Positions 24,115-37,352 of a stretch of DNA of 64,000 nt are shown one piece after another; position 1 is the first letter of the stretch; every line of letters begins with the position of its first letter. Below the pieces are notes generated by a model. That model was given only the letters and a program-made list of their open reading frames with translations. It had not been told where the DNA came from and ran no database searches. The translations under genes and the position numbers were made by a program. The stretch is from Cyanophora paradoxa CCMP329 (taxonomy: Eukaryota; Plantae; Glaucophyta). The DNA is taken from the NCBI GenBank assembly GCA_004431415.1, contig QPMI01000637.1:1-64000 (forward strand). The letters are read 5' to 3'.

Positions 24115-27100
24115 CTAGGCCTTGGCATCGTCGGCGCGGCCGTTGGCCACGGCTGGAGCGGGCTCCGGAGGCGGCGCTGGTGCCAGCGTGGTCACCGTTG
24201 CCGGGGCCGGGGCCGGGGCCGGAGCGGGCGGGGGCTCCGGGGCGGGCGCCTCGAGGAGGGCGTGCCAGTGGGCATAGTTGGCGCCGGCGCCGGCGACGAG
24301 GGCGGCCCCCGCCGCGGGGAAAGCCTCCGCCAGGGCCCCGAGCAGCGGCAGCACGATGAAGTCGCAGAAGCTGCGGGGCCGCGCGCGCGGGGTGAATTCT
24401 CGCGAAGAAGCTGTCGGGGTCTGTCCTGATCATAAGGAGCACCCGACTTGGGACTTGGGGAGGTTGGCCGTCGCCCGGTCCATGAAGGCGCTCACGGGAA
24501 GCCCCGCCGCCCGCTCGCGGTCCCCCTGCCACCGCCCCGCGCACTTCAGAGGGGGGAGCGAGGTCGAAGGGGGTCGGGGGCGCGCGGGGCTCGGACCTGG
24601 GCGTAGAACTCGGCGGCGACGCGCTGGCTCCAGTCGAGGTGCAGCGGGAGGGGCCGCGCCGCGTGCCCGATGTCCGCCGCCTGCGCTGGGAATTCAAATA
24701 AATTCAAGGGAGCGAGGGGCGGGGGCGCGGGTACGGGCGCTGGCCTTTATGGCGACGCTGAGGAGGAGGCGGCGATCCTCCGGGGCCAGCCGCCCCGCCC
24801 CCGGCCGCGCCCCCCCCGCCGGGGCCGGGGCGGGGGCCTCGGGAGGGGCTTCCGGGGGCGGGGCGGGGGCGAGGGCGCCGGCGGCGACGCGCTTGCGGAA
24901 GGCGCCGAGGACCTCGAAGTGCTGCGCCTGCGCTCCCTCGGGTCAGAGGGACGGCGGCGGGCGCGGGCGGCCCGGCCGCGATGCGGGGGCGCGTGCGCGC
25001 CATGTCCGTCGCGAGGACCATGTCGATGACCGTGCGGCGGATCTCCTTCACGCTCGCGCTGCGCGGGCGAGCCGGGGCGTCGGCGCGCGGGGCGCTGCCG
25101 CGCGGGGCGAGCGGGGCGGACCGGGAAGGGCGGCGAGGAAGTCGAGCTCGCCACGGGCGCCGTCATCGCCGTCCACGCTGCCCCAGCCGCCCGCCTCACG
25201 CGCCGGCCGGCGGGGGCGGGCCGGGCGTGCGGGGCGGGGCGGGGGCCGGACCGGCGGAGACGTGGTGGGACTCGAGGGGCGAGCGGTCGTTGTAGCGGAG
25301 GGCGAGCGGGTCGGAGACCGCCACGAGGAAGTTGTTGTTCACCCCGGGGTGCTCGAAGTCTGCCCCCCCGCCCCCGTCACACCCGCCCCGATGAATCGGG
25401 GTCTCCGGCGAGCCTCGGCTTCGTCTAGATCGCGGCGGGGGCGCGGACCGTGGACGAGGGCGGCGAGGAGAGCGGCGAGGCGGTCCTCGTCGGAGAGGGC
25501 GGCCCCCAGCCCCCCCCGCGTCAGCAGGAACGCCATGCACTGCGCCACCTCCGCCGCGTGCGTCCCGCTGCGGCCGCCGGGGCCTCAGGGGGGGAAGGGG
25601 GGCGCGGGGCGGGGCCGGGGCGGGCTTGTGGTAGGGGTTGTCCCTGTAGCCGGCCTCGACGCGGGCGGCGAAGGCGGCGAAGCGGGCGGGGTCGATGCGG
25701 AGGCGGGCGGGGAGGCCGAGGGCCTCCAGCGCCGCGAGGGAGACGGCGAGCAACGGGCGCCCGCCCGAGCGCTGCCCCGCCTCGAACGCCGAGAAGGCCT
25801 CCCAGTCGCCAGGAGCGGCGCGAGCGCGCGCACCGCCGCCTCGAGGTCGGCCGCGTCGGCGGGGCGGCGAGGGCGGGTCGGGCTCGAGGCGGAGGAGGGG
25901 CGGCGTGCGCCAGCCGCTGCCCCGCCAGGGCTTCCCGGGCTGCTGAGGCCGCCCCCGTGCGGGCTACCCACCTCCGAGCGGTCGCCGCCCCCGGGGCCCT
26001 GACTCGGGGCCACCTGCCGCGCCGCCCCGGGCGCGTGGGCTGGGGCGGCGGGGGAGGGGGGCGGGGCGGGGCGGGGCGTGGCGGGTACCTCGGAGAAGAG
26101 CCAGCGGGTGGTGTCGCGGTCAAGCTGGAGGGCGCCCTCCCGCACCTGCCGCCCCAGGTCCGGCACCATCCTGCACCCCCAAGGAGAAGGAGACAGAAGC
26201 CTCAGCCCCGCTCGCTCTGTTCAGGGGGCGGGGCGGGGCGGGGCGGGGCGGGGCGGACATCGAGCCGCGGCCGAGGAGGTGCGTGACGGCGCGGCTGAGG
26301 GACCCCTCCGCCCAGCCCCCCAGCGCCTCGAACCCTGCGCGGCGCTTGGGTGCGAGGCCGGGGGCGGGGGCGGGGGCGGGGGCGAGGGGCGAAGGCGGCG
26401 CACGGGGGTCGGAGCGGAGGGCGGCGAGGACGGCGAGGGCCTTCGCGAGGGGCGACTCGAGGTCCGCCTGCGAGCGCAGCCTCGCGGCTGCCCCGCCCCG
26501 CCCCCGCGTCAGCGCAGCCTCGACGATCTCGCGAGGACGGGGCGCAGGGCGCGGGGGCGGCGGGGCGGGCGGGGCACTCTGGAGGGTGTGGAGCTGCTCG
26601 CGCAGGTCCTCCCGTTCCGCGTCCGCCACGTGCAGCTGCGCGCGTCGGGCCCGAGCACGGGCGCGAGGGGCGGGCCGGGCGGGGCGGGCGGCGCGGGGGA
26701 CCTCGGAGCGGAGGGCGAGGGCCTGGCGCACGCTCCACTCCAGCCGCCCGATGCTCCGCTGCAGGTAGTACACCTGCCCCCGCCCGCCCGCCCCGCACCC
26801 TCAGCCCCCGCCCCCGCCCCGCCCGCGGAATCCGCGGCCACTCGCTCTCGGGGCGGGCCTCCTTGAAGTGGGAGCCGCCGGGGCCGGCGCCGAGGTTGAG
26901 GGTGCGGCGGGGGGCGCGGAAGCTGCCGGCGCGGGAGGCGGGGACGCCGGCGAGGTCGGCCAGCGACGCCTCCAGCCGCCGCGCGTCCCGCGCCTGCGCC
27001 CCGCGTCGAGGGCCCGCCCGGGGCCCGGGGGCGCGGGGGCGCGCACGGCCCTGTGGAAGGGGCGCATGCCTAGCCAGACGAGGCCGGTGAGGAGGAGCCC

Positions 27101-28896
27101 GAGCAGCGCCGACGCGATCGCCCCCGCCGACGCTGCCCGCGCGCAGCTCGACGCCCCGCCCCCGCGGCCTCGGGCGGGGCGGGGGCGGACCGTAGACGGC
27201 GGCGCCCTGGGGGATGCTGGGGGCGGGGCCCGCACGGCGACCACCCACTCGATGCCGCCCAGCCGCAGGAGCGAGCAGGCCGACACGAAGGACCCCTCCC
27301 GGCTCGGCGCCGGCCACCCCTCCTCGCTCACCACCGGCCGCCCCGGGGCCCCGCCCGCGCCCCCGCGCGCACCCCGGCGCCCGCGACGGCTGCCGGCGGC
27401 ACCGGTCATGCAGACGGCGCAGACGGGGAAGGCTGAGCTGAGCTCACCGCGGCGCTCTCCTTCCAGAGGGCGCGGTCCGGGCTCAGGAGCACCGTGTTGT
27501 CGGGGGAGTAGACGAAGAGCTCCGCTGCGCCGGCGTCAAGGGGGGGGGGGGGGGGGGGAGAGAGGGGTGGGAGGGGAGGGGAGAGGAGGGGGTATGGGGG
27601 TGCCGGGGGTGCCCGCACCGTTGGCGGCGGCGTAGACGGGGACCATGGTGCGCTGCTGCACGTCGCGGGCCCAGTCTGCGCGGGGCCGCGACCCCTCAGG
27701 AGGGGCCTCGGAGGAGGGGGAGGCCGGGGACGGCGGACCCCAGTGGAGGTGGATGCCGAGGACGTGCGAGAGGCTCCCGTTGGCCGTCATCACCGGCGCT
27801 GCGCGCGGGCGGGGGGGAGGGGCGTGGGCGATCGCGAGGGACGCGGGGCGGGGCGGGGCCGGGGGGGTACCGGCGACGTCGACGAAGCGGAGCGGCTCGC
27901 TCGCGTTCGGGGCCAGCAGCGTCTGCAGCAGCGCTGCGGAGAGAGGCCGCCGTCGGCGCCCGACGGGTGGGCGGGTGGGGTGGGGGGGGTGGCGCACTGG
28001 CGGTGTGGACGTCGCCGAAGAAGGCCCCCCGCGTGCCCCTCACCTGCTCGAACCAGGGCCGCCCCGACACCCCCCGCCCCTCCCTGAACACACCCGTCAC
28101 GCTGCGCGCGCGCCTGGCGGGCCGGGGGCGGCCGGCAGCGCACAAGAGGCCGTCGGAGGCGGCGAGGAGGGTCCCGCTGGTGTCCGCGAGGCCGACCCAG
28201 CTCGCGAACGGGATCTCCGACTTCATGAAATCCACCGTCGAGCGGTCGAAGCCGGCCCCGGGGGCGCCGGCCGCCCGCATCTTCGCCAGCATGTCTGCAC
28301 CCGAGCGCGCGCGTGAGCCGCGGCGCGGCGCGGCGCGGCGCCGGCCGGCGGGCAGCGCACGGGTCGTCAGTGACACCAGGCGCTGGCTCTCCAGGAGGCT
28401 CGCGCGCAGCAGGCTCGTCGCCTCCTGAGCCGCCCCCGACACGAGGAGCTGCCGATTTTTTAATTTGATGCGCGTCGGAAAAGGCCGGCGGCTCCCCCAG
28501 GAGCGCCAGCAGCGCGCCGCACCGCGCACCCGAACATTCTCGTCGAGGTCCTTCTTGGCGCGATCGGCGGAAAGCAGGACGACCTTGCGCGAGAACAATG
28601 TTAAATATGTGATCATGACGAGATGGAGATGAAATGGGCGGGGCGACTCGAATTACCGCGATTGAGATTGCGACGGAACAGACGAGGGCGATCGCTCCGA
28701 TTGTCACGTCGAGTCGCAATGCTCCGGGGCGACGGCAGCCGCCCGCCGAGCCCACCGACGAGTACGGAGATGCCGGAGAGCGGGGCGAGCGCGGCGATGC
28801 GCTCTGGAAGTCCCGGTGGCTCCCAAGACCCGCGTCGACGACGCGCGCCTCGGCAGAAGGCCTGCCGCAGCAGCAGGCAAGGGAGCGCAGACCCAT
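24115..28896 (-). CDS. Membrane-bound class I 3',5'-cyclic nucleotide phosphodiesterase with an N-terminal TM-dCache-TM sensor and a coiled coil
   Basis: PDEase motifs [56 protein letters not shown] and [29 protein letters not shown]1 [19 protein letters not shown]. Cache-like [41 protein letters not shown]2 [19 protein letters not shown]. Confidence 0.88.
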
Positions 28897-29779
28897 GTGC
28901 AGGCGCCGGCTACCTACAGCTGCCGCAGTCTGCTGGCATCGCGCAGACCGCGCACGCGCTTTCTAGCTGGATCGCGTTACTGCGAGCTCCTCCAAGACGA
29001 TGCCGGAGACGCTCGGAGGAGTCGAAGCGCGGGGCTCGCTATCAACAACGTTAACAATGCAGGTCAAAAATCCGTGCAAGCCTCCCGAGGCAAGCTAAGC
29101 TGCTGTCACTGCCTCCTATGCTCGCTACAGCTGTCTCCGGGCCGCGCGCGCGCCCCTGGATTCCGGGCTGGAATGACGAGCGGGCGTGACTAGTCGAAGC
29201 GCTGACGAGTCGGCGGCGGTGACCGGCCGCGGATAGTGCGGGATCCGATGAACCGAGCACGGAGATCCAGGCGCCGCAGCCGCCAGACGCTGGGGCTGAG
29301 CGTTCTGTTGAATCTGTTCGCGAGTAGGGGTACACACAAGTTCAGCAAAAAACAATTCAGCAGCCAAAAAGCCCTTTAGCTGATTCCCAGCGCCTAGCTG
29401 CTCGGTCAGCATTCACTTCACTGTTGCAGCAAGGTGCAACTGCAGCCCGTCCGTCACCCAGACGCCAGCTCATTCCTCGCCTTAGACCTTCCTCTCCGAA
29501 CGCCCTGCTACCTGCAACAGGTTTGTGAGCTCTGCTTCGTCCCGTCCGAGCGGCGAGCGCCCAGGCCCCGACGCCCGGCCGAGAAACGCGGAGTCCAGCT
29601 GAGATCAGTCCAGTTAAGATCCGCGCGGCAGGCATCGTCTTGGAGATTTTAGGCAGCAGTGGAGCGGTAGAAGCCAGCGCCGTCTGTCCCAGCTTCGTGT
29701 AAACGATGGTCTTTCTCAGTCGGAGCCCTGGCAGCTTAGCTATCGGGCCCGTGTTAGCTGTGGCTGCTCTGTTCCTGCT

Positions 29780-31125
29780 TTCTTTACCTGCAACGGACGG
29801 AAGCCCGGTGGCTTGCTGCAATCGAGGCGTGTGTGACCGCGGGGAGACGTGCTGCGGTGCGCGGATCGCCTGGCGATAGCCGGTGCTCCGCGTGCTTCTG
29901 ATTCCACTTCGAAGGAACTAATGGATTGGTCGCCTACTCCTGCTATTCCGGCACTGTCTGCGAGGTGCCACTCCCGCGCGCGCTTTCTGTGTCCTGCCCG
30001 ACCGCAACGAACGCAAATGCACACAGAGGTCGCGAATCGGCGGGAGCTACAGGTCCGCTCTCTATTTCGCGCGCTGCGCCGGCAGCGCCGCGCTCTGCTC
30101 GCGTTTGACTGGGAGTCAACCCGCCGCGCAGCTGCACGGCGAGTTCGGCGACGCGCGTCGCCGCGTGGGGCGTCATCGTCGCGATCTTCGCCGTCGATTT
30201 CGTCATCTCGACGTTCCTCGCGTGGGCGCTCTGGATCAGCCTCAAGCGGCGCGGCCTCGTCGACAGCGGGGGCGCCCCCCGCGGCTCCTGGTTCGCCCCC
30301 CTCCGGCCCCCGCGGCCCGGGCGGCCCGGCGTGACCGCGCGCCGGCGCAGCTGCGGCTTCTGGCAGTCGTCGGCGTTCTGGCAGCTCTTCGCCGGCGCCT
30401 TCCTCGCCGGCTTCATCGGGGTGCGCGCGCCGCCTCGCCCGCCCCTACGCCGGGGCCCCGCCCGCCCCTCCCCTCCGACCAGGCGGGCAGGTCCTCGTCG
30501 TCTACTTCTGCCTCGCCGCCCGCAAGCCCCGCTACGTCACCCCCGCCCAGGTCCCCAGCCCCCCGCCCCCGCCTCCCCCACCGCCCCGCCTCCTCTGACC
30601 CCGGGCCCCTCGCAGCCCTCCACGCTCGTCGTCCAGTCCACCATGTACGCCCCGCAGCCGTACCCCGGTATGCAGCCCTACGGCGTGCAGCCGTACCCCG
30701 GCGTCGCCATGGGGGTGCCCGTCCCCGGCGGCGCGGCCGGCCCCGAGCCCTACTACCCCGCCCCGGCCCAGCAGTCGGCCTACGGGCCCCCGCCCTACGG
30801 GCCCCCGCCCCAGCAAGCCCCGCTCCCGTACCCGTACCCTCCCCAGGGCCCCGCCGGCCAGCCGCAGGGGTACCCGCCGAACCCGTACCCGCCCCAGGGC
30901 CCCGCCGGCCAGCCGCAGGGGTACCCCCCGAACCCGTACCCTTCCCAGGGCGCCGCCGGCCAGCCGCAAGGGTACCCCCCGAACCCGTACCCTTCGCAGC
31001 AGCAGCCCTACCCCGCATCTCCGTACGGGCCGCCTCCGGGCACAGCGGCCATGGGTACATGGCAACACCCTATGGCCGGCCCCTCGGAAGCGGGGCCCTC
31101 CGGAGCCGCCGCGCAGAAGGTTTAA
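29780..31125 (+). CDS. Small multi-pass membrane protein with a Pro/Tyr/Gln/Gly-rich cytoplasmic tail; 5' end uncertain
   Basis: Hydrophobic exons VAAWGVIVAIFAVDFVISTFLAWALWISLK and FWQLFAGAFLAGFIGVLVVYFCL. The tail has 60-nt repeats encoding PYPPQGPAGQPQGYPPN. TAA at 31123-31125. Confidence 0.6.
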
Positions 31126-31589
31126 GTACCCGGCAGAGGGACGTGAGTAGTAGGTCGCTTGGTGCACGCAGTGATCTTGAGCTCGTTAATTAGAGGATGA
31201 TGTCGATCCTGTTTCAAGTTTTAAGCTAATGAACGGAACAGGGACACTGCTGTCGCAGTGGCCCTGTTGGAGGGGAAGGACCTCTAAGTTCTGAGCAGGA
31301 AAGGGCGCCGGCATGTTAAGGCTACAATTACAAAGTATACGTAGAGTCTGGATCACTAGCAGACCGCGCCCGCCCCTGTGCAAGTGCGCCAAGTGCGGGC
31401 CGCGGGTGCAAGGGGGGGTACTTGTACACAGTGCAGGGTACTGGGGCGGGGGGGGGGGGGGGGGGGGGGCGGGGCCAGAGAGGCGAGGCGGGCGGCCGGG
31501 CGAGGCGGGCAGGGTGGCGAGGCGGGCAGGGTGGCGAGGCGGGCGGGTGCACGTGGGGTGGCGAGGCGGGCGGCGGCGGCGGCGGGCGG

Positions 31590-32700
31590 GAAAGCGGGAG
31601 GAGAGACAGGTGGCGCCGGCGCCGGGCCCTGCGCATAGCCTGCACATACGCAGAGCCGAGGCGTCAGCTCGCCCCGGACAGAGGCCGGCCAGCGGTGGCG
31701 GCCGGGCCAGGTGCGCAGCAGCAGCGGCGGGGCGAACCTGGAGTCGGCGAAGCTGAAGCATCCGGCGGGCGGCGGGCGGGAAAGCGGGAGGAGAGGTAGG
31801 TGGCGCCGGGACCTGCGGATAGCCTGCGCATGCGCAGAGCCGAGGCGTCAGCTCGCCCCGGACAGCGGCCGTGCGGGGGCGGGGCCCAGCGGGAACGGCC
31901 GGGTCAGGTGCGCGGCAGCAGCGGCGGGGCGAACCTGGAGTCGGCGAAGCTGAAGCATCCGGCGGGCGGCGGGCGGGAAAGCGGGCGGAGGGGCAGGTGG
32001 CGCCGGGCCCTGCGCATAGCCTGCACATACGCAGAGCCGAGGCGTCAGCTCGCCCCGGACAGAGGCCGGCCAGCGGTGGCGGCCGGGCCAGGTGCGCAGC
32101 AGCAGCGGCGGGGCGAACCTGGAGTCGGCGAAGCTGAAGCATCCGGCGGGCGGCGGGCGGGAAAGCGGGAGGAGAGGTAGGTGGCGCCGGGACCTGCGGA
32201 TAGCCTGCGCATGCGCAGAGCCGAGGCGTCAGCTCGCCCCGGACAGCGGCCGTGCGGGGGCGGGGCCCAGCGGGAACGGCCGGGTCAGGTGCGCGGCAGC
32301 AGCGGCGGGGCGAACCTGGAGTCGACGACGCTGAAGCAGCCGGCGAGGCGGCGGGCGAGGAAGCGGGCGGAGGGGCAGGTGGCGCCGGGCCCTGCGCATA
32401 GCCTGCACATACGCAGAGCTGAGGCGTCAGCTCGCCCCGGACAGCGGCCGTGCGGGGGCGGGGCCCAGCGGGGGCGGCCGGGCCAGGTGCGCAGCAGCAG
32501 CGGCGGGGCGAACCTGGAGTCGGCGAAGCTGAAGCATCCGGCGGAGCGGCGAAGCTGAAGTAGCCAGCGGGGCCGCGGGCGAGGAAGCGGGCGGGGCGGC
32601 AGGTGGCGCCGGGCCCTGCGCATAGCCTGCGCAAGGCCGAGGCGTCAGCTCGCGCCAGACAGCGGCGGCGCGGGGGCGGGGCCCAGCGGCAGCGGCCGGG
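31590..32700. repeat. GC-rich tandem repeat, ~180-200 bp monomers organised as a 381-bp dimer
   Basis: The motif GCCGAGGCGTCAGCTCGCCCCGGACAG recurs ~6 times. Identical ORF translations are offset by 381 nt (31711/32092 and 31800/32181). Confidence 0.92.
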
Positions 32701-33919
32701 TGAGATGCATATGCGTAGCATGCGCAGCGAAGCTGATGCGGGGGGGGAAGTCGATCGAAGCGGGTGGAGCGGGAGGGCCGAGGCGTCAGCGCGCCCTGGA
32801 GAGCGGCGGTGTGGGGTCGAAGCCCAGCCCGGCGCGGCGTACTAGGAGCAGTACTAGTTGCGAATACTGTAACGCCGCCACCATCTCGGGTCGCTGGCCG
32901 CGCGCGGGTCAAGACACGCGGGTCAAGACACGCGTGCGTGCACGTGCACTGCGGCCTGCACTCGAGGCGCTTGAACGGCTTGAAGGGTTCTAGATGTGCT
33001 TGAACCGAAGCCCGTCAGAAACCGAGCTCGAGAGCGTAGGCGAAACGCCGCGAGCTCGCACCGGCCCGCGGCGTCGCGGGCGCGCGAAGTGCTTCCGGTT
33101 GCAAGGCGCGCCACCACCACGACGCGCCATGCTCGTGTACCCAGCAATCGCCACAAACTCTCAGGAGCACTTTTTTCGGGCGCCCGGTACAACAGGTACT
33201 TGAGGCGGCCTAGCGCGCCACCCTGTGCCCCTCCGGTCTCGGCATGTATAACATGAATCGTCGGGCTCATCAGGCGCATTCAGACGCACTTGGTCCGGCA
33301 GATATATCGCCACTTGGTGAGGCGCTAGATCACATTTTTGTAAAATGTGTTATTGCCCATTCCTGGCCCACCGGACGGGGCCCAGATGTCCCGGAACATG
33401 TTTCCGGGCTTCTAGGGGCATGCCTTGCGAGGATCCGGCGAGAAAACCAGGCTTTTTGGAGGTCGGGACATTTCATTTTGGCCTAGGTTGGGCACCCGAA
33501 CACCCCCAAGTGGGGGAAGGGGAAGGGGGTCCTTCCCCAATAACAACCGATCACGATCATGCATTGCAACGCGCACTTGCAAAGGCCCGCATGCGCAATT
33601 CCATGCACATATTGTAACGTTTACCGTAGTACCAGCTGCGGGCATGCAGCCCGCCGGGCGCCCGCCGCGCGGCGGCGGCGGAGGCTGAGCATCTCGTCGA
33701 GTCGGACGTAACTACTAGGCTATGCGAGCTGAGCAAGCTCCCGGGTCCAGCACCCATGATCATGATCCCAGTGCCACGCCGTTACGGTGGCTCGCGATCA
33801 AGCGCTCACTAGTAGTAGTCTGGTACTTGCCGGCGGCGGAGGCAGGGCGGTTCCAAGCGGCTTCTCCGTAGAATTCGGGAATAAAGGTCTAACATGCCAG
33901 CCAAGCAGGCGGGGCGGGG

Positions 33920-36900
33920 TCAGTAAAAGAGGCGGAAGGCGTCGTCCCGCGCGCCCGCCGCCGGCCCCGCGTCCTCCTCCACCTCCGGCAGCGACTCCAG
34001 CTGCCCGCGCCCCTCAGAGGAGGGGCGGGGGGGGGGGGGGGGGGGGGGGGGGGCGCACCTCCTCCTCCCTCGCGATGCGCTGCGCGCGGTCGGCCGCGAC
34101 GCGCTCCCTGAGCCGCCGCACGGCTGCCCCGCCGGCGCCCCCTCAGCCAGGGCCGGGCCGGGCCGGGGCGGCTCGCCGGTGGGGCGGGGCGGGCGGGGCG
34201 GACCGACGCGGGCGCGCCAGCCGCGGACGACGCGGGTGATGAGGGAGGCGGAGAGGGCGAGGCGCTCCTCCTCGATGGCGAGCTGCTTGGCCCGCTTCCA
34301 CCGCACCGCCTCCAGCGCCGCCCGCTTGCGCGTGCTGCGGCTCCGCCACGCCCGCTGGATCGCCCCCGCCGCGTGCTCCCGCGCCTCCCGCTCCGACTCC
34401 CGCCTCCGCCCCGTCCTCTCCTCCATCTGCGCCCCGCCCCGTCAGGCCCGCCCGCCGGCCGGCCGGGGGCGCGAGGGCGCGGGCGGGCGGGCCTTCCTGG
34501 AGCGGACGTGGCCGGCGGCGCGGCGCCGAAGGAGGTGCCGCCTCCACCACCGCTGGATGTCCCGCGCCGCCGCCTCCCGCCGCCCCATACCCGCCGCCGC
34601 CGCCCGCCGCCCCGCCAGATCCGCCCGCAGCTGCCCCGCGCCCCGGCGTGGGTGCGCGGCACGGCAGGGCCGGGGAGGGACAGCGGGGGGAGGGGGGACC
34701 TTTTGGACTTCGACGGAGGCGAGGCGTCTCCTGAAGGCGGCGAGCAGCACCTCGGCCGCGTTCTGGGGGGGCGTGAGGGGCGGGCCCGAGCGGGGTACAT
34801 CGAGGGCGCACGTGCTGCCCGACTTGCTCGGGGGTGAGCCCCGCGAGCGGCGCCCGGGCCCTCGCCCCGCGCCCCGAGGAGCGCGCCCGGTGGCCCCTGT
34901 ACACCCGCTGGATCGCCGTCGCCGCCGCGTGCGGGTCGCCCCCGGGCCCCCCCGGGGGCGGCGCCGGCGCCGACTCCTCCCCGCGCATCATCGCCTCGTT
35001 GAACTGCTCGTCGTCCTCCTCGTCCAGGGCAATCGCCTTCCCCACCGCCCCGGGCTGCCCGCCCAGCGAGCCTCAGGCCCAGGCGGGGACGCGGGTTGCG
35101 GGGGGACCGCACCGCGCGGGCCACCATGGCGGCCTCCCGCCCCCTCAGCGCCTCCTCGTACAGCTCTGACCCCGCCCCGTCAAAAAGAGGGGGGAGGGGT
35201 GGGGAGAGCGTTGGGGAGGGGTAGGACCTCGTGCTCGCTTGCGGGCCTTGGCGGCGCGCCAGAAGGCCTGGATGACCGCCGCCGCGTACGGCCGCCCCTG
35301 CATCTCCACCGCCTCCTCCCCCCCGCTCCTGCCGGCCCGGCGGCTCGAGGGGGGAAGGGCGGCGGGGCGGGGAGGGCGGGGCGGGGGGGCGCGCGCCTGC
35401 CCCCGCGGCGCCTGTCGGCGAGGGACTTGGCGCGGTTGCGCTCGAGCTTCTTGCGCCACGCGTGCTGGATCCGCAGGATCGCACTCCTCGCCGCCTGCGC
35501 GCCCCCTCGTCGGCCCGGCCCCCGCTCTTTCAGCAAGGTTGCGGGGCGCACCTTGCGGAACTCCTTCTCCTCCTTCCGCCGCGCCCGCTCCTCTTCCCGC
35601 GCCTTCCGCGCCGCCTCCCGGGCCGCCGGGTCCGTGCCCCCGCCCAGCGCGCCGTTCTGCCCGCCCCGCGGTGAGCCGCGTTCGGGGAGGCGGCACGCCT
35701 GAGCCCGGCGCGCCTCCTCAAAGTCTCGTATCCTCGCGTTCAGATCCTCGATCTCGGCCCTGCGCGCCCGGGTCGCACGGGTTGGGGGATACGACTCTCG
35801 GCGGAGGGGGAGGGGTACCGCACCGCGCGGCGTCCAGCTCCCTCCGTATCGCCACCGTCGCCGCCCCGCCGGCCTGTGCGTCCGCGAGCTGCCGTTGCAG
35901 CCTCCGCACCTGCGCGGGTGCCGCGTTCGGAGGCGTCAGGGGCCGACCGGGAGGCGGCGGGGGCGGGGGCGCTGGGCGGCTCGCCTCGTTGTAGTACGTC
36001 TTTGCCTCCTCCTGCAGCTCGATGACCTGCGGGTGCCGCGTTACAGCGGCGTGCGGGGGCGGAAGCCGGGCGGCAGGGGGCGGGGGCGCCGCTCGCCTGG
36101 AGGTATTCCGTGTCCACCCGCATCGCGTTGATCTGCGGGGGGCGAGGGCTCGCAAAACACGGAGGGGGGGCGCGAGGCCGAAGCGGGGTCGGGCACCTTG
36201 GCCTCCCGCTGCTCGGCGATCTCCTCGAGCTCGCGCACCCGGGCGCTGAGCGCCTTGTTGGCGGCCAGCTCGTGCTGCAGCCGGCCGGCCAGCATCGTGA
36301 TCTGGCCCGTCCCGCCCGTCTGCGGGGTACCGCGTTCGAAGGACGGCCTCGGGAGGGGAGGGGGTGCGCCGGGCGCGCCTTGATCGTCTCGAGGAGCTCC
36401 TGGATGAGCTTGGCGCTCTTCTTGGCCTCCCCGTCCGCCTTCAGGACTTTCGCCTTCAGGATGACCCGGTCGCCCTCCACCTCGGCCAGCTTCTTCTTGA
36501 GCGCCTGGCGCGGGCTCGGGGGGCGGCGGCGGGGCGCGGGGGGCCCGGCGCCGGCACCGTCATCTCGTCCTTGCGGACGGCGAGCTCGTTCTTGAGGCGG
36601 TCGACCTCGCCCGGGTTGCGCCCCGCGCCCTTGCCCGGCGCGGTGATCGGCGTGCTGCTCACGTCCTCCGTGATCTCGATCGCCGGCCCCGCGGTGCTCT
36701 TCTTCAGCGCGGACGGGCCTGGCGGGGCGGGGCGGGGCGGCTCAGCCGCGCCCCGCGGTGAGGGCGGCGCCTACGGCTCGCCTTTCAGCGCCGCAACGAG
36801 GTTGGGCGGTATCTTTAGCCACGCAGGGGCGCCGAACCCGATGCTCTCCGAGATTGCCCGCCCGGCGCTCCGGGCCCGCGGCTTCTTCTCTGGTGCAGAG

Positions 36901-37352
36901 GTCAGCGGCCGACCTTAGCACCCGTACGCGCCACAACGCACTCTCTGCGGCGATGGGGGACTGCGATTGGGCCCCTGCGGTGCTGTTTCGCGCGCTCAGC
37001 GCGCCGCCACCCGTCGCCGAGTCTCGCCTCGCCTTGAGAAGCGAGCGCATGCTGCTGCGGACGGGAGACTTGGGCCCTGCGTTGCCTGCTGCGTTAGATC
37101 CGCTGCGGTGCGCCCGTAGCTAAACCCAGCCGGTGCCACGAGCGCACCCATGCCGTCCTGCGAGTGGGCGGTGGAGTCAGCGCCTGGGAAGCAGGCAGGC
37201 AGAAGCTAGATGAGCATGAGCGGACCTCGTCCGACGCCATGTTCTCCTCCGGAGGCTGGGCGGCGCGTGGTTAATTCGGCGACGTGTGCCCATAGCCTCG
37301 TCTCATTCTGGCGTACCTCAAGCGTGGCCTCCGGGCCATCCTCACCAGACAT
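33920..37352 (-). CDS. IQ calmodulin-binding motif coiled-coil protein (IQCE-like)
   Basis: At least five IQ motifs: ILRIQHAWRKK, AVIQAFWRAAKARK, TAIQRVYRGHRAR, RDIQRWWRRH and GAIQRAWRSR. N-terminal coiled coil KDEMTALKKKL..ILKAKVLKADGE..IQELLE. Start MSGEDGPEATLE; stop after DDAFRLFY. Confidence 0.75.

Noticed and set aside
31186-32721. 511-aa repetitive ORF through the tandem repeat
   Set aside because: It has no recognisable domain and several frames are open, which the GC-rich repeat explains.
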